A stretch of DNA of 62,817 bases, filler included, from a candidate division TA06 bacterium SM23_40 (GTDB lineage Bacteria > LJUI01 > SM1-40), in assembly GCA_001303705.1 (NCBI GenBank). It is 6 parts of 6 records of this genome, joined end to end, with 100 filler letters (N's around TTAATTAATTAA, not from the genome) between each part and the next. Parts side by side here need not be neighbours in the genome. Positions count along the whole stretch, not along the records: positions 43,087 to 53,820 come from LJUI01000106.1; positions 53,921 to 62,817 come from LJUI01000107.1; 4 more parts are not named here. One strand, written 5' to 3'. Below, one piece after another: positions 49,955-58,815 of the stretch. Within the stretch, counting starts at the first letter, position 1; each line of letters starts with the position of its first letter. A model generated the notes under the pieces. The model was not told the DNA's origin and made no database searches. It worked only from the letters and a program-made list of their open reading frames with translations. Both the position numbers and the translations under genes were made by a program.

Positions 49955-50644
49955 ATGATGAGACAACGCCACCTCAGGCTTCTCGCATCTCTTACGGCGC
50001 TGACCTTGCTTTTCGCCGTGCCGGCGCTGGCGCAGGCTGAGGAGATCGACAAGGAGATGGAAGTCGACCTGGAGACCATCATGATGGATGATGGCTGTCT
50101 GCTCATGGGCGGACCCGGATACTGCCTGCTCGCCATGGGCGAAGAGGGCGAGATGGAGATGGGCGAGTTCGAAGGCTGGCCGCTCATGGGCGGAGCGGGA
50201 GGTCCCATGCGCATGGGCGGAGCGGGATGTCCCATGTACATGGGCGGACCGGGATGCTGCGCGATGCTCGATCTGACCGAGCAGCAGCAGAAGAGGCTGC
50301 AGGAGATGCGGACCGCCTCTGCCGAACAGATGTTCGAGATGAAGAACGAGCTGGGGAAGCTCCGCATCGATCTGAGAAGTCTGATCCTCTCGGAGACACC
50401 TGACCAGCGCAAGATCGAGCGGATGATCGACCAGATCGGCGAGCTCCAGACCAAAATCATGAAGCAGAGGGTCCGGAACAGGCTCGAGATGCGCAATGTC
50501 CTCACCCCGGAACAGTGGGAGAAGTGGCGGAAGTTCGCCATGAGCTGCCCGCACGGCCATCGCCAGATCCGCATGCATCGCATGAAGGGCCCTGAGGGTA
50601 TGATGAAGAAAGAGATCATGATGAAAATGGAAAAGAGCGAATAA
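49955..50644 (+). CDS. Spy/CpxP/ZraP family periplasmic protein, Met/Cys-rich
   Basis: Signal peptide; LDLTEQQ and VLTPEQ motifs; MGG repeats. Confidence 0.85.
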   Translation: MMRQRHLRLLASLTALTLLFAVPALAQAEEIDKEMEVDLETIMMDDGCLLMGGPGYCLLAMGEEGEMEMGEFEGWPLMGGAGGPMRMGGAGCPMYMGGPGCCAMLDLTEQQQKRLQEMRTASAEQMFEMKNELGKLRIDLRSLILSETPDQRKIERMIDQIGELQTKIMKQRVRNRLEMRNVLTPEQWEKWRKFAMSCPHGHRQIRMHRMKGPEGMMKKEIMMKMEKSE

Positions 50645-50658
50645 CCGATTGGAGGATG

Positions 50659-50701
50659 CAGAAAGACGGCGATCCGTTCGTGGATCGCCGTCTCTGTTTT
50701 T
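50659..50701 (+). terminator. intrinsic terminator
   Basis: AGACGGCGATCC / GGATCGCCGTCT stem followed by CTGTTTTT. Confidence 0.85.
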
Positions 50702-50751
50702 GGAGTCGTGGCGCCTCGGGCTGCTCCCGATCGGTCCCTCGGCTTCCGCCG

Positions 50752-50780
50752 TTGACACCACAACTCTCACATACTAGTCT
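50752..50780 (+). promoter_or_regulatory. sigma70-type promoter
   Basis: TTGACA-17 bp-TAGTCT. Confidence 0.5.
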
Positions 50781-50843
50781 CAACCATGTGCATGCTGATG
50801 CGCCTCTATGCTATTCGACTAATTATCATCTATGGAGGCAGTG

Positions 50844-52199
50844 ATGGCTGATTCGGAGATCGGTGTTGTGAGACTCGTGGGCGGCACGGCACTCACGCCG
50901 CACCAACTCATCCGTGACATGAGTCTGGCCATCTCCAACGGAAGGATCGTAAGTCTTTCAGGGAGAGTGCCGATCTCTGGTGGAGACGTACCCAGTCATG
51001 AGGAAACACCGTCCCTTCCGCAGACCCGGGCAGGTCAAGACACGCTCCCCAGCCAGGAACCCCACGGTGGATTCAATGAAAGCATCACTATCGACACGAA
51101 GGGCATGACGATCCTCCCCGGCCTGATCAACATCCACGACCATCTCCTCGGGACCTGGCATTCGAAAATCGGCGGCGGCCCGTACCCGAACGTCTACCGT
51201 TGGCTCAAGGCCGTCGAGTATCATCCCCTCAGGATTGAGTGCAAGAAGAATACCGAGGAGGACATCTATCTCCTCGGGGCGTACAAGAACCTCTTCTCAG
51301 GCGTCACCACCGTCCTCGATCACTACATCCGCTATGACCCGGATTTCTATCAGGCCCTCCCGCTGCGCGTCATCCACGAGTTCGGCCGGACGTGGACGCT
51401 GCGGGAGGAGACGGGCTGGGGAGGAACGATTGAGGAGGAGTTCAGCAGAACGAATGGCCGGCAGCCGTACGTGATCCACATCGCCGAAGGCGTCGATGGG
51501 GAGGCCCGATCCGAGCTCGCAGCACTGGAACGGCGAGGCGTCCTCGCGCGCAACACCGTGCTGGTGCACGCGATTGCGCTCAGCGACCAGGAGATCGAAC
51601 TCATCGCGCAGCGCGGCGCCACCGTGGCCTGGTGCCCGGCATCGAACATCTTTCTCTACGGTGCGACGGCCAACCTCCCGGAGCTCCTCTCATCCGGCGT
51701 CAACGTCGCGATCGGAACAGATTCCTCCTGGTCCGGAAGTGCGAACCTGCTGGAGGAGATCCTGCTGGAGGAGATCCTGTATGCGCGGCGCTGTGCGGAG
51801 GAGGTATTCGGTCTCCCGCTCGACGCCCGGACGATCCTCTCCATGGTGACGACCAATGCTGCAACAGGACTTCAGAGGAGTGGAGAGATCGGCGCCCTCG
51901 CCCCGGGCTATCTCGCGGACATCCTCGTCCTCGAGGGCGAGGAATCGGATCCGTACCAGCGCGCCGTCAGGGCGAATCCAGAAGACATCGATCTGCTGCT
52001 CCTCGAAGGACGTCCCGTCCTCGGGTCCATACGCCATGAGGACATCGCGTCTGCCCGCCTCTCCTCGTTCTCCCGTGTGAAGGTCAACGGCAGGGAGAAA
52101 TTCGTGGCCGGCGATCCCATCGCCCTGAGGGAGCGCATGTGGGAGGTATCGGGCACAGTGAAGAGATTCCCTTTTCTCCCGATCGCCCGAGCAGAGTAA
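50844..52199 (+). CDS. amidohydrolase superfamily protein
   Basis: PGLINIHDH, HIAEG, VLVHA, WCPASN, IGTDS, GALAPGYLADI. Confidence 0.88.
   Translation: MADSEIGVVRLVGGTALTPHQLIRDMSLAISNGRIVSLSGRVPISGGDVPSHEETPSLPQTRAGQDTLPSQEPHGGFNESITIDTKGMTILPGLINIHDHLLGTWHSKIGGGPYPNVYRWLKAVEYHPLRIECKKNTEEDIYLLGAYKNLFSGVTTVLDHYIRYDPDFYQALPLRVIHEFGRTWTLREETGWGGTIEEEFSRTNGRQPYVIHIAEGVDGEARSELAALERRGVLARNTVLVHAIALSDQEIELIAQRGATVAWCPASNIFLYGATANLPELLSSGVNVAIGTDSSWSGSANLLEEILLEEILYARRCAEEVFGLPLDARTILSMVTTNAATGLQRSGEIGALAPGYLADILVLEGEESDPYQRAVRANPEDIDLLLLEGRPVLGSIRHEDIASARLSSFSRVKVNGREKFVAGDPIALRERMWEVSGTVKRFPFLPIARAE
51746..51779 (+). repeat. perfect 15-bp tandem duplication in frame (LLEEI x2)
   Basis: cctgctggaggagat repeated twice plus cctg. 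Confidence 0.9.
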
Positions 52200-52274
52200 T
52201 CGCCTGGGTACAGCGGTCACTTGATAACGCGAACCGCGACTGAGCGGTCGCGGACCGCCTCCCTCCGGGTTGGA

Positions 52275-53819
52275 TCAATCGCCGCAATATGATCGCGATC
52301 CTGAAACCGCGGGACCGATGACCTGCCCCGGAGCTCTCACACGCAGCCGGAAGCTATCCTCATCGATAACCTCATCGGGGGAGAATCCGATCCCGGCCCG
52401 GTACAGATATCGGCCGTGCGGAGCAGATGGCGGCACTGCATGAGATCGAAAAATCTGGGCCGTATACTGCCCGGGGAGGTGAACCCATATCGGCCCGAGC
52501 ACTCTCACTGATTGCCCGGCCGGCAGCGCGGCCTGTGAGGCGAACCAGAATTCCCGGGCGGCCGGCCTGCGGTTGATGAACGTGTAGATCACGCCGACCT
52601 TTCCCGCCGGCGCGACATCTGGTCCGTCGGGGCTAATGTACAGAGTGATCGAGTCACCCTGATCGAAGAAAAAGGCACCTATGTCACTGCGCGTGCTGTC
52701 GGGATCGTTCAGCACGGGATCGCCACTGTCGATACAGGGCGACTCCCAGAGCAGGCGGCAGTCATCCCACGCCGGGAAGACGAATAACGGATCTGCATCG
52801 ATGTTCCCCTGCCCCGGCCAACCGCCCTCGACATCACAGTAGGTGAGGACGGGCGAGGAGTTGTACGGATAGACCTCATCAGGGGTGTTGTCCCAGAGGA
52901 TGGTATTGTTGATGAACGGCGAGGCGTAACTGCAGAAGATGCCGCCTCCGAACAACAATGCTTCATTGCCCGCTACGGTATTGCCGCGAAACTCAAGCGG
53001 GGGAGAATAGATGATGGCGCCTCCCCCCGCATCTTCCGCTACGTTGCGGGCGATGAGATTTCCGATGACAGAGGGACAGGCGTTATGGTAGACAGACAGG
53101 CCGCCTCCAGCCAGGGACCAGTTTTCGATGACGCGGTTCTCGAGCAGTTCTGCCAGCCCCTGATCACCGACATGGATCCCCCCGCCGAAGAGCAACGCCG
53201 AGTTGTCGCGAATGAGGTTTCCTGCGACGAGCGGCGCCCCGGATACCGCGTGCACGCCCCCGCCACATCCATAGGCCACATTCCCGACGATGACGTTCTC
53301 AACGACAGTGGAACCGTCCAGCTCGCAGCGGATCCCGCCGCCGCCGCACCCCGTTCACCCTCCCGTCGATAAGTTGGCCTCGATCCAGTTCCGCGTAATC
53401 GTGGGAGACCCATACCCGACGAAGATGCCGGCACCGTGCTCGGTCTCATTCAGTGTGATGATGCACTCCTCGATCGTGGGCGAGGAGTAGAGGCAGAGGA
53501 TACCCGCTCCGATGAGCGGCACCTTACCTTTCCGGATCGTGAGCCCTCTCAGAATCGAACCAGGACCTTCGCCCGAGTGGAAAACAAACCCTCTCCCCTG
53601 GCGCTCGCAGTCGATCCCCGTCTTCTCCGGGCCGTGTTCCGAGGTGACGAGTATCGCCCGGCCCCCGAAGTCGATATCTCTGTTGCCCGGGCCCGTGAAC
53701 CGACCATCGGCGATGAGAACGGTATCGCCGTCGACTGAAGCATCGATGCCCTGTTGAATGGTGGAGAAATCCCCGGGAATGTGGATGATCGCCCCCTCCA
53801 CAGGCGCTGCGACCAGGGC
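52275..53819 (-). CDS. secreted right-handed beta-helix protein with in-frame TGA at 53355-53357 (candidate selenocysteine); 5' truncated
   Basis: IPGDFSTIQQGID..GDTVLIADG N-terminus; GGGI repeats continue in one frame across TGA; GNIDADPLF...SPCIDSGDP...DIGAF; shared C-terminal domain. Confidence 0.8.
53325..53344 (-). promoter_or_regulatory. putative bacterial SECIS-like hairpin
   Basis: GCGGCGG-CGGGAT-CCGCTGC, 11-30 nt downstream of the in-frame UGA. Confidence 0.35.
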
Positions 53820-53820
53820 G

Positions 53821-53920
53821 NNNNNNNNNNNNNNNNNNNNNNNNNNNNNNNNNNNNNNNNNNNNTTAATTAATTAANNNNNNNNNNNNNNNNNNNNNNNN
53901 NNNNNNNNNNNNNNNNNNNN
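53821..53920. other. artificial contig spacer
   Basis: N-run + TTAATTAATTAA + N-run. Confidence 0.98.
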
Positions 53921-54102
53921 CCCACAACACCGTGCATCTGACCTGCCTCGAGCGCGGCACCCGTCCCCGGCCACGCACATTTTGCGGCCGGGTCCGTGGT
54001 TACAAAGGCTGTCTGCGCTCGCGCCGCCGGGCGGATCGCTATTCGTTAGACGGTCTAGATGCTGAGGCTTGTCTGTCAAATCGAAGGAGAGAGGAGGGCG
54101 CC

Positions 54103-54318
54103 ATGGCTGAGAGTGTGTACAAAGTCGTTGAGTTGGTGGGCACGAGCAGCGACTCTTGGGAGAGGGCTGCTGCAACCGCCATCGACAAAGCCGCCAAGAC
54201 ATTGCGCGATCTTCGAGTGGCCGAGATATCTCAACTTGATGTGCAACTCAAGGATGGTAAGATCGAAGCTTACCGTGCAAAGGTGAAGGTGTCCTTCAAG
54301 TACGAAGGGGGCGACTAG
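54103..54318 (+). CDS. dodecin family flavin-binding protein
   Basis: SVYKVVELVGTSSDSWE...YRAKVKVSFKYE; GGAGG RBS. Confidence 0.92.
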   Translation: MAESVYKVVELVGTSSDSWERAAATAIDKAAKTLRDLRVAEISQLDVQLKDGKIEAYRAKVKVSFKYEGGD

Positions 54319-54446
54319 ATTTCGTCGCCGTCCAAGGGGCCACTCAGCTGGCCCGGCAGGATCGTCTATTGTGAGTGCAGGCCCGGTGAGCGCGCGCGGC
54401 TGATGATCCGGCGTTTCGCGGCGCTGGATCGAACTCGTGGAAGGGC

Positions 54447-55007
54447 ATGACAGTGAGAACGGCCCCACCTGCGATGACTACGCCTCGGCTCATTCTCCGG
54501 GCCTTCACGGAAGAGGACATTACACGCTTGCATCGGCTTCTGAGCGAAAGGGATGTGCTGCGTTACTTTCCCAAGGTCGATCCTCCGTCGCGGGATAGGG
54601 TCGAGAAGATGGTCACCGGGCTGCTCGAACACTGGGAAGAACGTGGCTATGGATTATGGGCGGTGGAATCGCGGTCGGGAAGGGAGCTGATGGGAAGGTG
54701 CGGCTTGCAGTATCTAGTGGATACGGGAGAAGTCGAGGTGGACTTTATACTGGGGAAGAGATACTGGGGAGAGGGCTTCGCCACTGAAGCCGGCCGAGCC
54801 AGCTTGCGGTACGGTTTCGAGGATCTCGGATTGGAGTGCGTGGTAGGCATCGTGCATCCGGAGAACAAAGCTTCCCAGAGGGTACTGGAGAAGCTGGGAA
54901 TGAACTTCATCGAGCAGAGAGAGTACTTCGGGATGCAGTGCCATCGGTATGTTATCGAACGTCCCTCATATGACAGGGCATCCCGGCTATGGAACGATCT
55001 CACCTGA
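54447..55007 (+). CDS. GNAT acetyltransferase, RimJ/RimL type
   Basis: TPRLILRAF, YWGEGFATEA, PENKASQRVLEKLGM. Confidence 0.9.
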   Translation: MTVRTAPPAMTTPRLILRAFTEEDITRLHRLLSERDVLRYFPKVDPPSRDRVEKMVTGLLEHWEERGYGLWAVESRSGRELMGRCGLQYLVDTGEVEVDFILGKRYWGEGFATEAGRASLRYGFEDLGLECVVGIVHPENKASQRVLEKLGMNFIEQREYFGMQCHRYVIERPSYDRASRLWNDLT

Positions 55008-55138
55008 GCTTTCGGTGGTGCCGGTGCGGAGGGCGCGCAATCTCAGATCCGAATTAGCTCCGCCTCGGTCGCTCGATTTGCAGGCTTTCGGCGGTCCGGT
55101 GACTGGCTATCCGGTGAGGGTGGTGGGAGGGTAGAGAG

Positions 55139-55894
55139 TTGACGGTGATTTCGGTCGACCATATCGATGAAGCAGCGGTGGTCAGGCTGAATCGAGGCGT
55201 CACTAATCCACTCAATCTGGAGCTCGTGAACGAGCTGGCCGCGGCTCTTGTGGCATTGGAACGCGATCCGAAGGCACGCGGCATTGTGCTCACCGGCTCC
55301 AATGATAAGTTCTTTTCAATAGGTCTTGACATCCCGGAGCTTTTTCCGCTTGCGAGGAACGAATTCGAGGTCTTCTATCGGGCATTCAATCAACTCTGCC
55401 TCACCCTCTATACGCTGTCCATTCCGACCGTGGCAGCAATAGCGGGGCATGCAGTTGCCGGAGGGTGCATACTGGCGCTCTGTTGTGACTACCGGTTTGT
55501 GGCGGAAGGCAGAAGGCTGATGGGGATGAACGAGATCAAGCTCGGAGTTCCCGTGCCCTACGTGGCGGACTGTATACTCCGGTACACGGTCGGCGTGCGG
55601 AATGCGCGTGAGATCATGGAGAGCGGAGAATTCTACCCACCCGATACGTCTCTTCAGCTCGGCCTGGCAGATCGGGTGTTGCCGCTGGAACGAGTGGTGC
55701 CGGCCTCGATCGAGAAGATCGGGCTGTTGAGCTCGTCGCCCCGAGAGGCATTCGCCATGATCAAGCGGAATCGGGTTGAGCCGGTCGAGACGCAGGTGCG
55801 CGCTCGCCTGGACCAGAAGATGGCGCTGTTCATAGAGCGCTGGTATTCTGAGGGGGCCCGCGAACAGCTGAGAGCGGCAATGGACAAGTTCTAG
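55139..55894 (+). CDS. enoyl-CoA hydratase/isomerase family protein
   Basis: FSIGLDI, AAIAGHAVAGGCILALCCDYR, GMNEIKLG. Confidence 0.9.
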   Translation: MTVISVDHIDEAAVVRLNRGVTNPLNLELVNELAAALVALERDPKARGIVLTGSNDKFFSIGLDIPELFPLARNEFEVFYRAFNQLCLTLYTLSIPTVAAIAGHAVAGGCILALCCDYRFVAEGRRLMGMNEIKLGVPVPYVADCILRYTVGVRNAREIMESGEFYPPDTSLQLGLADRVLPLERVVPASIEKIGLLSSSPREAFAMIKRNRVEPVETQVRARLDQKMALFIERWYSEGAREQLRAAMDKF

Positions 55895-55970
55895 ATCCTC
55901 TGCGCCCTGCGCGGCGCCGATCTGTGAGCTGTGAAAATCCGAAAACCAATTGCCCCGGAAGGAATGTTGC

Positions 55971-56546
55971 ATGAAGGTCACCGCTTTCAATGCCAGTGGA
56001 CGAAAAGACGGGAATACCGCCACCCTGCTCAAGGCCGTGCTCGGCGAATTGGAAAAGGAGGGGATTGAAACTGAGCTGGTTCAACTCGCCGGCACGAGCA
56101 TCCGGGGGTGCAGGGCATGCTATAAGTGCTTCGAGAATAGAGACCGGCGTTGCTCGGTGAATGACGACGCGCTGAACGAATGCATCGAGAAGATGCTCGC
56201 CTCGGACGGGATCATTCTGGGGTCACCCACCTATTTCGCCAATGTGAGCGCCGAGATGAAGGCGTTGATCGACCGCGCCGGGCTTGTGGCAAAGGCCAAC
56301 GGAGATATGTTCAGACGAAAGGTTGGCGCGGCGGTCGTGGCCGTGCGGCGGGCAGGGAGCATACACGCCTTCAACTCCATCAATCACTTCTTCCTCATAA
56401 GTCAGATGATCGTGCCCGGTTCCAGCTACTGGAACGTGGGGGTGGGTCGGAACAAGGGTGAGGTGGAACAGGACGGTGAAGGCATGGCCACGATGAAGAC
56501 TCTGGGTGGAAACATGGCCTGGCTGTTGAGGAGACTGCATAGCTAG
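55971..56546 (+). CDS. iron-sulfur flavoprotein (flavodoxin-like, NADPH-dependent FMN reductase family)
   Basis: SGRKDGNT, CRACYKC-x6-C, LGSPTYF, GSSYWN. Confidence 0.9.
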   Translation: MKVTAFNASGRKDGNTATLLKAVLGELEKEGIETELVQLAGTSIRGCRACYKCFENRDRRCSVNDDALNECIEKMLASDGIILGSPTYFANVSAEMKALIDRAGLVAKANGDMFRRKVGAAVVAVRRAGSIHAFNSINHFFLISQMIVPGSSYWNVGVGRNKGEVEQDGEGMATMKTLGGNMAWLLRRLHS

Positions 56547-56589
56547 GATCGCCCGGCTCGGCGTGTTCGAGCGGTGCGGTGGACAGAAT

Positions 56590-57345
56590 ATGGGACTGCC
56601 AAAGCTTGTGCTCTCGGTGGTGGCTCTCACGGCGGTGAATTGCGTGCCGCTGGCCGGGATCCTGGTACTCGATTGGGACGCAACGGTCATAGTCCTGCTC
56701 TACTGGACGGAGAATGTGATCATCGGGGCGTACAACATCGTAAAGATCGCGATGGTGAAAGTTGACCGGCCGATCCTCCATCTCACCAAATTGTTCGCAA
56801 TACCCTTCTTCTCCATCCACTTCGGAGGATTCTGTGCAGTCCATGGACTGTTTCTTCTTTTCTTCTTCGGTCTCGGGGACGGGCTGGAGTCATTCTCCCC
56901 GGGTCCGACGTGGCCGGGTCCTTTCATATTCGTGCAGTTGCTGGTTGCCGTGCTGGCCCAGCTCTGGCGAAGCCGCCCATACGGTATGGAATGGCCTGTT
57001 ATCGGTCTCGTTCTGAGTCACGGCGTATCGTTCGTCCAGAACTATCTCGTGGGCAAGGAATATCTCTCTCTCAGCATCGGCGAGCTGATGAGCCAGCCAT
57101 ACAAACGGATCGTGCTCCTTCATGTGGCGATTATTGCTGGAGCCATCCCGATCGTATTGCTCGGCTCGCCGATCCCCCTGTTGTTGATCCTTGTGGTTGC
57201 GAAGATATGGATCGACATCCGATTGCACATCAAGTCCCACAAGCTCGGATCAGCAGGGGGCGGGGGAGGGCGTAAGGAGGGTGGACCTGAACCGGCCGCT
57301 GAGCCGGATTCGAGGAGGCGTGAAGTCCGTTCAGAAAGCATGTGA
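56590..57345 (+). CDS. DUF6498-like membrane protein
   Basis: LYWTENVIIG, FFSIHFGGFCAVHG, PYKRIVLLH. Confidence 0.7.
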   Translation: MGLPKLVLSVVALTAVNCVPLAGILVLDWDATVIVLLYWTENVIIGAYNIVKIAMVKVDRPILHLTKLFAIPFFSIHFGGFCAVHGLFLLFFFGLGDGLESFSPGPTWPGPFIFVQLLVAVLAQLWRSRPYGMEWPVIGLVLSHGVSFVQNYLVGKEYLSLSIGELMSQPYKRIVLLHVAIIAGAIPIVLLGSPIPLLLILVVAKIWIDIRLHIKSHKLGSAGGGGGRKEGGPEPAAEPDSRRREVRSESM

Positions 57346-57428
57346 TTTTGCGGGTCGGGTGCCCGGGGCGGGCGTTCGCCCGTTCGCAATGATAGAAGAG
57401 AGTCGGCACTCGCTCAGGGGTGTGCAAC

Positions 57429-58142
57429 ATGAAGATCGAATCGTTCGATCTGGAGCCGGGCAGAGTTATCGCAGGGAAGTACCGCGTCATCTCCAAGCTC
57501 GGGTCGGGGTGGGAGGGGGAGGTCTATCGAGTTGTCGAGACTCGTACCGGGATAGAGAGAGCTGCGAAGCTGTTCTATCCTCACAGGAACATCGGCAACC
57601 GGACTTCGAGGCTTTACGCTAAGAAACTGCACAAGCTCCGCCACTGCGCGCTGTTGATCCAGTACCACACTGAGGAGGTCATCAGATTCCGGAAAGAGCG
57701 GATAACGGTTCTCATCTCCGAGTATGTCGAGGGCGACCTGCTCTCCGATTTCCTGAGCCGCCTCCCGGGCAAGAGGCTCAGTTACTTCGAGGCTCTACAT
57801 CTTCTGTATGCCCTGGCCAGGGGCATGGAGGAGGTCCATCGCGCCAACGAATATCACGGCGATATACACTCAGACAATGTCATAATAAATCGCCGAGGCG
57901 TGGGGTTCGATCTGAAGCTGATGGACCTTTTTCACCTGGACGCTCCGAAGACCGAGAACAAACGGTCCGATATCTGTGATGTGATACGACTCTTCTATGA
58001 ATCACTCGGCGGCTCAAAGCACTATGCCAGGCAGCCGCGGGCGGTGAAGCAGATCTGTTGTGGGCTGAAGACGAGTCTGATACTCACGAAATTCCGGACA
58101 ATGACACAACTGTGCAAACATCTGGAGACGATGGCGTGGTGA
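57429..58142 (+). CDS. short protein-kinase-like protein
   Basis: LGSGWEGEVY, AAKLF, SEYVEG, YHGDIHSDNV, LMDL. Confidence 0.8.
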   Translation: MKIESFDLEPGRVIAGKYRVISKLGSGWEGEVYRVVETRTGIERAAKLFYPHRNIGNRTSRLYAKKLHKLRHCALLIQYHTEEVIRFRKERITVLISEYVEGDLLSDFLSRLPGKRLSYFEALHLLYALARGMEEVHRANEYHGDIHSDNVIINRRGVGFDLKLMDLFHLDAPKTENKRSDICDVIRLFYESLGGSKHYARQPRAVKQICCGLKTSLILTKFRTMTQLCKHLETMAW

Positions 58143-58755
58143 GCTGTCCTGCCTGCGTGGGCGATCGCCCGGAGACCTACGGCAGAGGCCACGAAGGCTG
58201 ACCCGTCTGGGGTAGCGCGGAATTCGACGAGAGGCGATAGAGAGGAGTGGCACAAAAAGCACGAGGCACGCGTGAGGGAGGGTGGACGCTTTCACGCGCG
58301 CCTCGCAGTTGTATGTATACAGCAATCTCCGTGCCAACTGAACGGGAGATCATGCATCCGGGTGTGTAGGGCCGTAACACAAAACAGTGCAGTATGTTAT
58401 GCGATGACGCCGAGAGGCGTGCGAGCGGAAGAAGAGACGATTCAGGGGCCTATTTGGGTAGTCTGCTACCCAGGAATGGGAAAAGAGCTAACCAGATTGC
58501 CCACGGCAGGGCGTGCACTGCCTTTTCATCTGCGCACCCCGGCATGTGCTCGCCGATGCGGTGGGACCATGGATGCGGTGGCCCATTTGCCAGAGGTGCG
58601 CGTATTTTTCGAGGTTACCGCGTGCGCATAAGCATGGTGCTCTCGCCACTCTGAACCCCAGAGGGACCGACCGTACACGATTCTAGCCCCGGTATCGGGA
58701 TTTCCACGCATTCTTGGTCCGCGCAAGCGGGCCCCTCAAGTCGAGCTAGATACAG

Positions 58756-58792
58756 AAAAACGCCCGCCCTCCTGCTGAGAAGAGCGGGCGTT
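58756..58792 (-). terminator. intrinsic terminator of the FG-GAP gene
   Basis: AACGCCCGC / GCGGGCGTT stem with T-run on the minus strand. Confidence 0.7.
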
Positions 58793-58815
58793 CCATGTCC
58801 TGAGCCTCGTTCAAG

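Noticed and set aside
49195-50770. 522-aa and 302-aa minus-strand ORFs
   Set aside because: Antisense to the two Spy/CpxP genes, which have RBS, motifs and a terminator
11597-53920. Recurrent TTAATTAATTAA flanked by Ns, superficially a repeat family
   Set aside because: Identical 100-nt artificial linkers with six-frame stops; not biological
58143-58750. ~600-bp intergenic region with short ORFs and a TGTATGTATACA near-palindrome
   Set aside because: No convincing RBS, protein motif, RNA structure or correct LexA-box spacing
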